The notes beneath the pieces were generated by a model. The model did not search any database, was not told where the DNA came from, and saw nothing but the letters and a program-made list of their open reading frames with translations. From NCBI RefSeq assembly GCF_018977255.1, contig NW_024704742.1:68450001-68514000 (forward strand): a stretch of DNA of 64,000 nucleotides, read 5' to 3'. Source of the stretch: Callorhinchus milii (Eukaryota). Positions 41,750 to 52,159 of the stretch are shown in pieces. A program made the position numbers and the translations under genes. The number at the start of each line of letters is the position of its first letter. The first letter of the stretch is position 1.

Positions 41750-41866
41750 ATGACGTATGTGAGTGACAAGCTATATAAGTACATCAGGAATCGTCAGCCA
41801 GACTTCTTAAAGATTAATGCAGTGGAACTATTGCCACATCTTCCATGCCTCACGCAGATGGATTTG
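41750..41866 (+). CDS. MAVS: MAVS coding exon 1 (CARD N-terminus)
   Basis: Acceptor tttcttttgtgtttcag at 41731, ATG at 41750, donor TTG|gtaatt (phase 0). Translates to MTYVSDKLYKYIRNRQPDFLKINAVELLPHLPCLTQMDL (39 aa), which aligns with human [39 protein letters not shown]. Confidence 0.95.
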
Positions 41867-42035
41867 GTAATTCCATTTCTTTCTTTGCAGGTTATGTGGA
41901 ATAATGGAATACAAAAAAGCACATGACATAAATGTATCATGCCCATTTCCATAAAGAATGTTAAAGAATGCTAGAGAACAGAAACAGGTCATCCACTCAG
42001 CGCAGCTGTTTTTGGGGAGCGATCTTTTAAAGAGA

Positions 42036-42335
42036 CGTAGTCCAGTAGTGTAGTGGTTAGCGCGATCGCCTCGCAAGCGAGAGGGTCCGGGTTCGATTCC
42101 TGGCTGAGGTGAAACCATAAGCAAATTTCCTTAGTCCACAAGCCTCTGCTTATCTAGCAGTACGTAGGAACCCGATTGTTTGATTGGTGGATCGCTTTCC
42201 GGGGCTAATAATCCCTCAAAAAATAAAATCCCTCACTCAATCCACGACTGTTTTCCACAAAATACAATCCTTTTACAATATATTCTGTAAGTCACTGAGA
42301 CGGCGCTATATCAAATGTAAGGATTATTATTATTC
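42036..42335 (+). mobile_element. tRNA-derived SINE (tRNA-Ala(CGC)-like head)
   Basis: A box TAGTGTAGTGG, anticodon-like arm CGCCTCGCAAGCG, B box GGTTCGATTCC, a body shared with other copies, and a gcgctatatcaaatg..ggattattatt tail. Confidence 0.85.
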
Positions 42336-43286
42336 TCCTACTCATTCTACCCACTTTAAAGCGCCTATCTCAGAATCCCATAGAAGAAAATCTCACTGAG
42401 GAGAGCAGAAATTTGAGCTATTTGAAAAGAAGGGATTTTCTCCCGGTGTGCTGGCCAACAATTCCCCAGTTAGAAAAAAAATTGGCCATCCATTCATTTC
42501 ATGGCTGTTTGTGAGACATTAGTGTGTGCAAATTGGCTGCCTCATTTGCCTGCAAATGCACTTTACAGAAATCTCTGTGAAGTGTTTTAAAACGTTTTGA
42601 CTTGATAAGGCGTTATATCAAATTAAAGGATATTATTTTAGTAAAATTGGCATCAAGAAGAGGTTCCAACAACAGTAAATTGCATGTATAGAGTGCCTTT
42701 CACATCAGGAGGATGTCCCAAGGCGCTAGATGGTGAAGAGTTTGCACTCAAGCTGGAGGATGATGTGGAGGGTAAGGGAGGGTCAAAGAGGAAGGTTTTG
42801 AGATGGGCCTTTTAAATTAGTGGCAGATATAGTTCTGCATTTTGCACATTTATAATAATAATCCTTATGTTTGTTACGCATTTCGCGAAAAGAGTGAGTT
42901 CACAATAAAGTGTATTTTGTGAGTGAACGAGGCAGCCAATTTGCACAAAACAACATCCTTCAACCGTACAAACCTCGCCACTCCCTTGGCTAAGTGAGCA
43001 GCCTACTTTCTATTCACCCAGTCATTGGCCGGCCGGCTTTCACAAATGCAGTCCCCATTATCTGGTACTCCATCCCGGAATCCCACCCACTCGTTTTTGA
43101 TCACACTTTCGGTCATCTCTCTTTTCCCATCCTTTTGGCTCTCAACCCCAGCCTGGGTGCCAAGCCAGCAGTGTGAAGTGTAAAAGGTATATATTGTATA
43201 AATATAAATAATTTTGTGTTTGCATTAAACGTCAAGTAAAGAGTGCTGGCTTTGCTTGATCATTTACTGGATACATTTGTACCTAG

Positions 43287-43464
43287 GAAACAACAAACGC
43301 ATGTGCCAGAAATGACGGCAACGAGAGGGCTGTACCTCATTTATTGGACTGTTGTAAACGCCGCAAAGGCTGGGAAATGCAATTGATACAGGCGCTGGAG
43401 AAAAAGGAGTACACTGATCTCGCGAGTGATCTGAAGCAGGAATTTCAGTCTCTGACCAGCGGAG
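43287..43464 (+). CDS. MAVS: MAVS coding exon 2 (remainder of CARD)
   Basis: Acceptor cctag|GAA. Translates to ETTNACARNDGNERAVPHLLDCCKRRKGWEMQLIQALEKKEYTDLASDLKQEFQSLTSG, with the MAVS CARD GN...LL...RRxGW...I.AL pattern. Ends at the GC donor GAG|gcaagt (phase 1). Confidence 0.92.
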
Positions 43465-44380
43465 GCAAGTACTAGCGTTGACGTTGACTGATTTCATTTA
43501 TTTTATAATTTTTTTTACACAACTTTATTTGTCTGTCTGTCCGTCCGTCTGTCTATCTATATCGACTTCCTACCTACCTACCAACCAACCCGGGTTTAGT
43601 CGATTGGTGGATCACTTTCCAGGTGTAAAAAAACTCTTCAAATAAATAAGAAAATTTTGGTCACTCAATCCACGATTGTTTATGGGACACTGCTTTGGCA
43701 ATTGGCTGCTGCATTTCGCTCACGATATATAGTCATTTCCCATTACAATATACTCTGTGAAGTGCTTTGAGACATCTTAATGATGTGATAAGGCGCGATA
43801 TCAAATTCAAGAATTTTTATATTATTAACCAACCAATCAATCAATTATATGTTTTGGTCAACCAAGTGTCCGACATACAAGGAAACACGTCAGTATACTT
43901 AATAGTATCCAAACTTAGAAACATAGATACTTTCTGTACAGAGAGGACCAGGTATGATATTTGTTAGGTTAGGGTATCAAGGGATAGATGTTTGTTAGGT
44001 AAGGATATTAAAGGATAGGGGCAAGGGCGGGTATTGGAATTGAGGTGAAGGTCAGCCAGCGGTGATTCAGGCAGAATCTATATTAGTTTTCAAAAGGGAA
44101 CTCGTTAGATATCTAAAGGGAAATCAACATGTTGGGAGATGGAGGGAAAGGGCAGGTAAATGGGACTGAAAGGATTGCTCTTTAAAAGAGCCAGTACAGA
44201 TACAATGGACCGAATGGCCTTATTCTGTGCTGTGAGTTTCTATTGGCTTTATCTTGGGCACCAGAGTGTGATTGTAAAAAAGAATGGTACTTCATTAGTA
44301 TTTCAGTCGATGTTTTTTCATTCGAAATTGGGAGTAGCTGACAAAAAAGGTACTCACTTACTCACTCAGTCATTCATCTT

Positions 44381-44688
44381 GAGTGCCGTAGAATTGTGGT
44401 TAAAGCACTTGCCTCTCAAGTGAACCTGTGTTCGATTCCCGGGCAGGGCAAAACCTTAGGCAAGTATCCTTGCTACACATGATTCTGTTTACCTAGCGGT
44501 AAATAGGAATCTGGTTGTTGGTCAGTCACTCAATCCACGACTGTTTGTGAGACACATTGGCTGCTGCAGTTCGCCCATAAATTACAGTCAATTCATTTTA
44601 CAGTATATTCTGTGAAGCGTTTTGAGACATCTCAATGACACAATAAGGCGCAACGTAAAATGCAAGGGTTATGATTATTATATTATAG
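44381..44688 (+). mobile_element. tRNA-derived SINE
   Basis: Same head (GTTCGATTCCCGGGCAGGG), body and tail. Confidence 0.82.
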
Positions 44689-44811
44689 AAATTACAAAAC
44701 TTCTTCATTCGCTGTGTTTATTTGACTGAATGAGCAGCACAGACTAAAGCATTAGAATTCTGCTGTTAAGAAATGATTGTGAAATGAATTAATTTTCTTC
44801 TCTTTTTTCAG

Positions 44812-45380
44812 GTTCTGGAATAACGGGTTCACAGTGGCCCCCCAGTGGTTCCCCTAAGGCTAACCCTTCAGCCCCGGCCACCTCGGCCCATCACAGCCCC
44901 TTCCCTTCTCCACCTCCCACCTCCTCCCCGGCCAACGCACCTCATTCATCTGCCTCGGCTCTTCCTTCCCCAAAGGCATCTGTGCCTGATTTCCCCTCCA
45001 ACCCAGTCGAGGTTGATCTCTCCATGTCACCAACCAATCCTCGATCTTCCTCTCCCACCTCCACACTTAGACCCTCCTCTCCCACCTCCACACCTAACTC
45101 CTTCTCCCCAGCACCTGTCCCTTCCTCCATCCCTCGCTCCTCCTCCTCATGCCCCTCACCCATTGCACCCTGTCAGGGTTCAGCCTACGCTAGCGATCTC
45201 CAGGCTTCGGAGGGCTCTTCAGCTCCTGCTCTGAAGGTTTCAACTGCAGAATCGGCTGAGCCTAGCGAGGTTAGCCCCAGCTCAGATCAGCTAAAAATAC
45301 CAATTCAAGAAATGGGAGATATGAAGAGCAAACCATCACTTTCCAGAACAGACAGAGAGACTCAGAAACAGCCCATACAG
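44812..45380 (+). CDS. MAVS: MAVS coding exon 3 (Pro/Ser-rich region with PIQE TRAF-type motif)
   Basis: Strong acceptor ttttcttctcttttttcag at 44811. The frame is open and phase-compatible with the preceding GC donor. PIQEM at 45300-45314 resembles human PVQET. Donor CAG|gtagtg (phase 0). Confidence 0.88.
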
Positions 45381-45499
45381 GTAGTGTTACAATTCTTAAA
45401 TAAGACTGCGCTCCTTTAACTTGCCGAGTTTTGGAGAATAGTCCTATGGGATTCAGGCTTGTCCGTTTTTTAAGCTTGTGCATTGCTGTTTGTATGGAT

Positions 45500-45760
45500 C
45501 TGTATCCAGCCAGACCTCTGTGGCTGTGGCAGAGAATTCCACACTTCCACTACTCTCTGTGTGAAAAGATTCATCCTAATCTCCATTCTGGACCTCCCAG
45601 TTATGATTTTAAAACTATGCCCTCTAGACCACTGAAGATATTTTATTTCCCTATCTATCCTATCTAACCCTCGCATCATCTTACATATCTCTAACATATC
45701 CTCTCTCAGCCTTCCGAGCTCCAAAGAAAAAGTCCCAGTCTATCTAACCTTACCCTAACT
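45500..45760 (-). mobile_element. CR1 3' fragment in a MAVS intron
   Basis: ORF 45470-45724: RLREDMLE...SRGHSFKI...FTQRVVEVWNSLP. Confidence 0.85.
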
Positions 45761-46397
45761 GATTGACAAATTATTATTATAAGGGAATATTCAGTGGAGT
45801 TCTGTAGATTAGTGGTGAGAGCACTCGCCTCGCAAGCGAGAGACCTGGGTTCCATTCAAGGCAGGGCGAAATGTTGGGCAAGTTTCCTTACTCCACATGC
45901 CTCTGTTTACCTAGCAGTAAGTTAATCGATGACTCACCCAGAGTTGAGTGCTCTAACCGCTATCTACAGTTCTCCAATACTATTAACATGAAATATCAAC
46001 ATTAAAATGAGGATCCCGTCTATGCCTGTTCAGGTGGACATTAAAAGATCTCGTGGCACTTCTCAAAAAGAGTGAATCCCCTCTACATTGCCTCAGCGTG
46101 TTTACATTTTTACTTTGTGAAAATCACTAAAAAAAATTACAACTTGTTATGGGCACAAGCGCCAACTCAGCCTCAAGGACATGCCACCTATCTACCCCCT
46201 TCCCCCCTCCTCCCAGAGGGTAGGCATTGTTAATGGTTCTTAAACAAATTAATCTGTGGTTTACTGTGTTGTGGAGCTGCCAACTTGGCTTAATTAGTAG
46301 TGTTATTGCCTCCGAGTCAGAAGGTTGTGGGATGAAGCCCCACATTAGGACTTTGAGCTCACAATTCAGACTGATACTCCGATGAAATGCTGAGGAT

Positions 46398-46752
46398 TAA
46401 CAACAACTTGCATTTATGTAGCACCCCTCATGCAGAGTAGTTCCCCAGAGCACTTTACAGTGGTGGAGCACAACCCCGAGCCAGGGGGATGGGGGGGTGA
46501 CCATAAGCACGGTCGAAGAGGAAGGTCTTCAGATGTGATCTGAAGATGGGAAAGGGGAAGGCAAGGCAGAGGGATTGAGGGAGAGCGTTCTGAGTAGCTG
46601 AGAGTGTGGCCACTGATGGTGGAACGGAGGGCATGAGGGACAGGTAGGAGGCCGGAGCCAGTCAAGTGGAGGCCATGGGTAGTAGATTGGGGAGTACGTA
46701 GGTCAGAGAGGTGGGGAGGTGCCAGGGTGAGAAGGGATTTGAAGATGAGTGT
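46398..46752 (-). mobile_element. L2-like 3' end nested in a SINE
   Basis: aacaacaacttgcatttat tail; SINE sequence on both sides. Confidence 0.75.
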
Positions 46753-47361
46753 GAGGAGCAGTGGAGATGCTGTGACATGTTAAACCAAGGTCCTACCTGC
46801 TTATTCAGTTTAACTTACTATTTAATAAGAGATGGGAGCTTCTGACTAACCATCCTCCAGGCAAAATGGTCATTCACTTCAATGGTTGTTTGTGGGACCT
46901 TGCTGAGGGCAAATTAGTGACTGAATCTATCTACAAACACACAGTCAGTGCTCTCAACAGCACTTACCTGTGAAACACTTAGAAAACGTTTAACATATGG
47001 GTGCTAATAAATAAATAAATCTTACATTTAACATAGCACCTTTCATGCGAGGAGGATGCCTCAAGCTGCTTCAGGATATCAAGTGTAATGACTGGTACTT
47101 TGTAGGCAAACACGACAGCCAATTTGCACATTGCACATCCATGAAGTGAATGACCAACTTTATTGGGAGGTTGTTGGTCAGGACATCGAGACCAACTCCC
47201 TTCTCTTTTAATGTCTATCTGAACAGACAAAGGGGGAACCTCGATTCAGCATCCCACGTTAATATCAAATGCAAATATTATTTATGTTATTTATGGTTGG
47301 ATGATTCCTTTGCTAATAGATCCAGCTCTAAACTGACCGTTTTATGTTTTCAAAATAAAAG

Positions 47362-48840
47362 AACATAATTATTTTCAACGAGCAGGACCCTGACAGTCGT
47401 CCTTCCCAGAACCCAAGGATACGAGCCACTGAGACAGAGGAAAACCTGGCGCCTGTGAAGCAGCAAGTTGCAGCAACCCTGGTAGCATCTTCTGAGCAAA
47501 GCACAGTCTCAAGCACAGTGCTAGTAAATTGTCATGTGTCTTCAGGTGCAATCTCAGAGCAGTCGGATGAGAACAGTTTTGATGAGAGCATTCAGAAACC
47601 AGGGGTGTTGCTGGATATTACTGATCAGCCAGATAACTGGGCTCCATCCACTGTGCTACCCTGTTCAATCAGGTTGAGCGAATTGATGATAAGTTCAAGT
47701 ACTTTTCAAGCTTCAGGAAGTGATGGCACTGCAGAGGTCTGTTCCAACGCTGACACCTGTACCAGTGGAGCCAGTCCTGCAGACAGCGATGGCAGTGAAA
47801 ATTCACTCAAGGAACAGAAACTCCAGGCTTTGCAAGGCTACCAGAACAATAATCTGGAACACAGCTTCCATGATGTGCACCAACCATTGCTTATACAGGA
47901 AAACTTTGATGCAGAGAAGAAACTACACAAGATGGGTGAAGGTCCAGTCACTGATGGGGAAGGTGTAAAGATTAAGTCAGGTTCTGAGTTTGAGTCTGAA
48001 CTGCTGTCTGTTCAGAGGAGCACAACTGAAGCTGCACAAGGTATCTCTGGACTGATCGGTACCCAGCCTGATCCTGAGATCAGTGATGGCAAGGGAGCCA
48101 TTTCCACACACAGCACTATGTCACTTGTTTCTACTGACCGTGGCTCAGAAGGAGTAGGTCAAATGATACAAGCTTCTGTCAGGGAGTCAGATGCACCAGT
48201 AATGCAGGTCTCCTGGAATGGAAATCCACAGGGTGTTTTAGACCAAGGACTGATCGCAAACAGGCGAGTTGCTTCAGAAAACACCTTCAATCACACCCCA
48301 GCCACCCAGCACGATGGCAAGGCATGCACTATTGCTCCCAGCAACATTTCTTATGATCTCAGTGGATCCAGCAGTGTGTCCCATGATGGAAACAGTCACA
48401 TAGCAGGCATTTCCAAGAGTGGTGCGCTTCTCTCTAACAGAAATGATGGGAGTAAGGTTCACCAAGTAGGACAAAAGGGAGATGAGTCATGCGATGCTGA
48501 CATCAGAGTTCACACTGGCCACATACACGAAGGAGCCTTTCGTAACAACGAGGCAGGTAGCGACCACAGATTTGCAGCAACACACTCGGTTGATCTGAAC
48601 ACAAGCAATTCTGGAGGAGGCTATGTTAACTCCTTGTCCGACGTACCCCAGCCAATCATCAACACATCTGGGCAGAATTCTGCTGTGCTCCCTTCAGCCT
48701 CGCAAGAATGGTTAACTGGCAAGCAGCCGGTAGAGTCCGATGAGGAACTACCTTGCTCAAATTCCATGATGCGTTCAGTGACCATTGTTGCCCTGGTGGC
48801 AGTCGTCATCGGGTGTCTGTGGAAATATTGTCGCAAGTAG
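47362..48840 (+). CDS. MAVS: MAVS terminal coding exon (KPGVL, pLxIS-like ELMIS, C-terminal TM tail anchor)
   Basis: Contains ORF 47455-48840, KPGVL at 47596-47610 and ELMIS at 47680-47694. Ends SVTIVALVAVVIGCLWKYCRK* (hydrophobic helix plus basic tail). Three in-frame acceptors are possible (exon start 47362, 47383 or 47386); a ctgac branch-like motif lies at about 47333. Confidence 0.92.
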   Translation, partial: NIIIFNEQDPDSRPSQNPRIRATETEENLAPVKQQVAATLVASSEQSTVSSTVLVNCHVSSGAISEQSDENSFDESIQKPGVLLDITDQPDNWAPSTVLPCSIRLSELMISSSTFQASGSDGTAEVCSNADTCTSGASPADSDGSENSLKEQKLQALQGYQNNNLEHSFHDVHQPLLIQENFDAEKKLHKMGEGPVTDGEGVKIKSGSEFESELLSVQRSTTEAAQGISGLIGTQPDPEISDGKGAISTHSTMSLVSTDRGSEGVGQMIQASVRESDAPVMQVSWNGNPQGVLDQGLIANRRVASENTFNHTPATQHDGKACTIAPSNISYDLSGSSSVSHDGNSHIAGISKSGALLSNRNDGSKVHQVGQKGDESCDADIRVHTGHIHEGAFRNNEAGSDHRFAATHSVDLNTSNSGGGYVNSLSDVPQPIINTSGQNSAVLPSASQEWLTGKQPVESDEELPCSNSMMRSVTIVALVAVVIGCLWKYCRK

Positions 48841-49121
48841 TGACTCGCGAGATTCAAGTCATGTTTCCACCTTGCCTTAGTCTGTTGAACCATATTGTCT
48901 TAAGATCTACCGAATTGTGGATCATTCTTAAGGTCAGTCATAATTTAAAGTTCACCCACAAAACACACAGTCACCGGACTTTACAGTATATCTTGTGAAA
49001 TGCTTTGAGACGTTCTTCCGACGTGAAAGGCAGGCACTACCATCAAATGTAAGAATTGTCATTATTGTTGGGAGCTGAGGCTTTTTTAAAGAATTATGGA
49101 AAACAGGATAAGAATTTAAGA

Positions 49122-49317
49122 CAAAAACAGAAGTCGCTGGGAACACTCAACATGACCCATCGTCAGAACTCATGAAGGGTCGAGTTCTGACAAAGGGTCG
49201 TGGACACGAAACGTTGACTCACTTTCCTTTCTCCAGATGCTGCCTAACTTGCTGAGTGCTCCCAACGACTTCTGTTTTTGTTTCAGATTTCCAACATCTG
49301 CAGTATTTTGTGTTTTG
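49122..49317 (+). mobile_element. Short palindromic Penelope-like-element-derived insert with a degenerate hammerhead motif
   Basis: Flanked by the 12-bp direct repeat AAGAATTTAAGA (49110-49121 and 49318-49329). Inverted arms at 49121-49152 and 49250-49281. CTGACAA-A-GGGTC-GTG-GACAC-GAAAC-GTT at 49187-49215. Confidence 0.7.
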
Positions 49318-49594
49318 AAGAATTTAAGAGTTTCCCACAATTCTGCACAATCTTTAATTTTAAGACAAATGATCTCAAGGAGTAAGACAAGTTGAATTTG
49401 GGGCTTTTTTTCTTTAGAAATCATGAATGTTGACAGTTTAAACAGTAGTGATTTAGATTTTGCAATAGTTATTATAAAGCTTTGGTGAATGATTTAATAC
49501 TGTTGGAAAAAAAACTCTGAAATATGCAATAGAGCATTAGAGTCATTCTGTGCTAACTTATGATTTTTTTGCAAATCTATCAGTGGGTTATTTG

Positions 49595-49975
49595 TGTATC
49601 AGTTTGGCACAGTGGTAGCACTGTCACCTCTGAGCCAGAAAATTGTGTTCAAGCCTCATGTCACGACTTGGAATCGCATAGTTTAAGATGACACTTCAAT
49701 GCAGTGCTGGGGGAGGTGTTGCATTCGCGGAGATGCCGTCCTTTAGATAAGAAGTTTAACTGAGGTCCCACCTGCCTGTTCAGTTGAACATTAAAAATCC
49801 CATGGCACTATTTGAAAAGAGAAGGGACTTTCTCCCAATGTCCTGGCCAACAACCCCCTAAATAAAATTGGTCACTCACTCCATGACTGTTTGTGGGACA
49901 CTGCTATGCATAACTGGCTTCTGCGTTTCACTCACAAAATACACGGTCATTGCACTTTACAGTATATAAATCCTA
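49595..49975 (+). mobile_element. Deu-domain-type SINE downstream of the MAVS stop
   Basis: Contains cccatggcactatttgaa...tgtcctggccaac...ctgtttgtgggac...ttggct, the DeuSINE (SacSINE1/AmnSINE1-like) core as recalled. Further copies at about 2760-2990, 4310-4570 (-), 37610-38050 and 42415-42640. Confidence 0.7.
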
Positions 49976-51429
49976 ATAATAATACTTAAATTTGGTATAG
50001 TTCCTTATCACATCTTTAAGACATCTCAAAGTGCGTCACAGAATATACTGTAAAGTGAATTGACTGTATATTTTGTGGGAGCTATATCCTGAAGCGTTTT
50101 GATACCTCTCAATGAATTGAAAGTCACTATATCAAATGCAAGAATTATTATTATTATGATTATTCTTCACGTTGTTGGAGGAGCTCTAGATGTAAACAGG
50201 CAGATCAGTCCATTTCAGTTTGGTCGATCGAATTTAACTACTCTAGTTGGTAGGATGGTCCTAGTTGGTCGAGCAGCAAGAAACCATGCCAGACATTGTA
50301 TTGAATGGCAAGACACGTGGTTTTAGCTGGTTCGACTCCAGCAGTACCCCAATGCACACACTGGGGTTCCCAAGCGTTGGCTTTTGCCACCCCTCCCGAA
50401 TCCAACCCCAAGTTCCGGTGTGATCCCTCAACTGCCCAGGGCCTTGGGAATTCTTCTGACTTGAAAGTTAGTATATAAATATAAATGCAATGTTTTGTTA
50501 AGTATGGTGATTGGGTTTGCACAGTGTCAGACACCTGGCTAACCCAAAAAACACTCTTAAGAACAAAGGAGACAGAGGAGGCAATTTTCACTTCGGGTAA
50601 AGGGTAATCAAAATATTAAAATTTCCCAGTGTGAGCAGTTTCAAGAGAGAAAATTCATGTTCTCCCCAACCGATTTTGGTAAGGTAGCCCCCGAGAAAGC
50701 CGGTGGGTGTGGGTGGGTATGGGGGAGGGAGTGCAAGGCTTCACCCTTCCTCGGTAGATCTGAAAATAAGTGTGCAGAAAATAATACAGGTTAGAAGCTC
50801 CTCTAGGAGTGAGAATTTCTGAAAATACTCACTTGGGTGAATAAAAATGGTGCTTATCAGCTCTGAAAGGAACATTTGATTTTCCAGGAGGGGAACAGTG
50901 CTGTTCATAGCAAAGTAACACAACACAGACTTTACCCCATTGCTCCCTTTTTTTTGTATGGTAGAATGTACTCTTATCCATCTTATCAGTTCCCCTCTTT
51001 ATCTTAAATTATTTTAAGATTATCCCCTAATTTCCTCAACTCCAGGGAATATAACTTGAGCCTCCCATCAGAGCAAAGCCCCTTCATCCCATGTATTAAG
51101 CTGGTGAATTGTCACTGAGCACCCTCTTAAATATAACATATAATATAAATATATATAAATATATAATATATCCTTCCAAAACTGAACACAGTACTCGCAA
51201 TACTCACCGTACTCTGTTCTATCTCCTTTTATATTTCAGACTCCTTGTTATTAAAGCTCAGAATCCCACAAGCTGATTTGATTGCTTTCTGTACCTGTGA
51301 ACTAGCTTTTAACAAATTATGTATTTCGACATCTTAATTCCTCCATTGATATACATGTGCAGTGCCCTAATGCTGCAGTGATGAGAACTGTATGAGGTAC
51401 TCTGGTTGTGGTCTGATTAAATCACTTTA

Positions 51430-51790
51430 TAATTATAATAATCCTTGTATTTGATATAATGCCCATCACATCATTGAGACGTCTCAAAGGGCTTCACAGA
51501 ATATACTGTAAAGTGCATTTACTGTGTATTTTGTGGGCAAAACTCGTCAGCTAGTTTGTGCACAGCAGTGTCCCACAAACAGCCATGGAATGAATCACCA
51601 ATTTTTTTTGTTGGATTGTTAGCCAGGACACTAGGAGAAACTCCCTTCTCTTTTTAAATAATACCATGGGATCTTGGTAACATCCACCTGAACAAGCAAA
51701 TGGGACCTTGGTTCAATGTCTCCGACAGTGCAGCTCACCTCCCCAGTACTGCATTGCATTGTCATCTTAACTATGTGATTCCAAGTTCCA
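51430..51790 (-). mobile_element. Deu-domain-type SINE, inverted relative to the 49595 copy
   Basis: The reverse complement matches 49670-49975 closely by eye. Confidence 0.72.
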
Positions 51791-52159
51791 AGACATAGTG
51801 AGTAATGAAAAAGATTCCTATATTTCTTTCAGCTTCCTCCTTGGTAAGTTTCCTATTCTTACTTTGTATCTGTAGAATCTTGCATTTTTCTGTTTAAACA
51901 TTATTTGCCAATTTGGGGCCCATGTGCATACCCTATCAAGCTTGTTGCAAGACCTTTGCTGCCTCCTCTGACTCCACAGACCCCCACACCCAAGGAAGAG
52001 TGTTTTTCACCAATATCTGCTCTTAAATGTCAGTACCTTTCATTAATTTTCTGTTGAAGATGTAATCTGAATGGTGAAAGTTGGATTATAACCTGGAAGT
52101 CATGAATTTAGTCCTTTTCCCAATTACTAAAGTTTCTGGTATGAATCTCAAGTTGTCTC

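Noticed and set aside
42036..42112. Possible tRNA-Ala gene
   Set aside because: It continues into a SINE body shared with many diverged copies, with an imperfect acceptor stem and no poly-T terminator.
43465..43474. GT donor at 43469 as the main MAVS splice site
   Set aside because: Poor consensus and out of frame with the next exon; the GC donor fits.
45290..45320. Equivalent of the human miniMAVS start (Met immediately before PVQET)
   Set aside because: The residue before PIQE here is Ile, so there is no positional equivalent.
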